From Octopus vulgaris (taxonomy: Eukaryota), in NCBI GenBank assembly GCA_951406725.2, contig OX597819.1, forward strand, positions 114,142,001-114,206,000: a DNA stretch of 64,000 bases, in the 5' to 3' direction. This document shows positions 63,624 through 64,000 of the stretch, in pieces. A program made the position numbers and the translations under genes. The notes below the pieces were generated by a model, which saw only the letters and a program-made list of their open reading frames with translations, did no database searches and was not told the DNA's origin. The first letter of the stretch is position 1. Each line of letters starts with the position of its first letter.

Positions 63624-64000
63624 AGGCTGTGTAGTAAGTAGCTTGCTTACGAACCACATGGTTCTGGGTTCAGTCCCACTGTGTAGCACCTTGGGCAAGT
63701 GTCTTCTGCTATAGCCTTGGGCTGACCAAAGCCTTGTGAGTGGATTTGGCAGACGGAAAATGGAAGAAGCCCATCGTATATATGTATGTATATATATATA
63801 TGTATGTGTGTGTATATGTTTATGTGTCTGTGTTTGTTTCCCCCCCCCAACATCGCTTGACAACCAATGCTGGTGTGTTTGTGTCCCTGTAACTTAGTGG
63901 TTCGGCAAAAGAGACCAATAGAATAAGTACTAGGCTTACAAAGAATAAGTTCTGGGGTCAATTTGCTCGACTAGAAAGGGCGGTGCTCCAGCATGGCAAC
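63624..64000 (+). mobile_element. SINE family A, running to the window edge
   Basis: ggctgtgtagtaagtagcttgc...ggcggtgctccagcatggc. Confidence 0.85.

Overview
Eukaryotic, AT-rich, repeat-dominated non-coding DNA. I recognise no host protein-coding exon; it reads as an intron or intergenic region. The SINE families, microsatellite density and (CAC/GAT)n tracts resemble Octopus genomic DNA, but that is recognition from memory, not a search. Contents: many tRNA-headed SINEs (about 4 families), RTE LINE fragments and their (GAT)n-tailed 3' UTRs, R4/Dong-type (RLE) and CR1-type LINE relics, two full-length dead mariner elements, a DD37D (maT-like) relic, Helentron/HINE-like elements and a decayed Penelope-like (PLE) RT+GIY-YIG ORF. 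The ORF track is almost all simple-repeat artefact or TE relic. The main signal the ORF track misses is a set of sequence-unrelated type-I hammerhead ribozyme motifs: one apparently intact (11711-11821) and about 7 variably decayed. Most share a (near-)palindromic 8-nt stem III, and several cluster at 28.1-29.3 kb inside a ~510-bp inverted duplication. Short locally templated duplications and fold-backs also recur. All folds, alignments and translations were done by eye, and TE boundaries are approximate unless a TIR/TSD is quoted.
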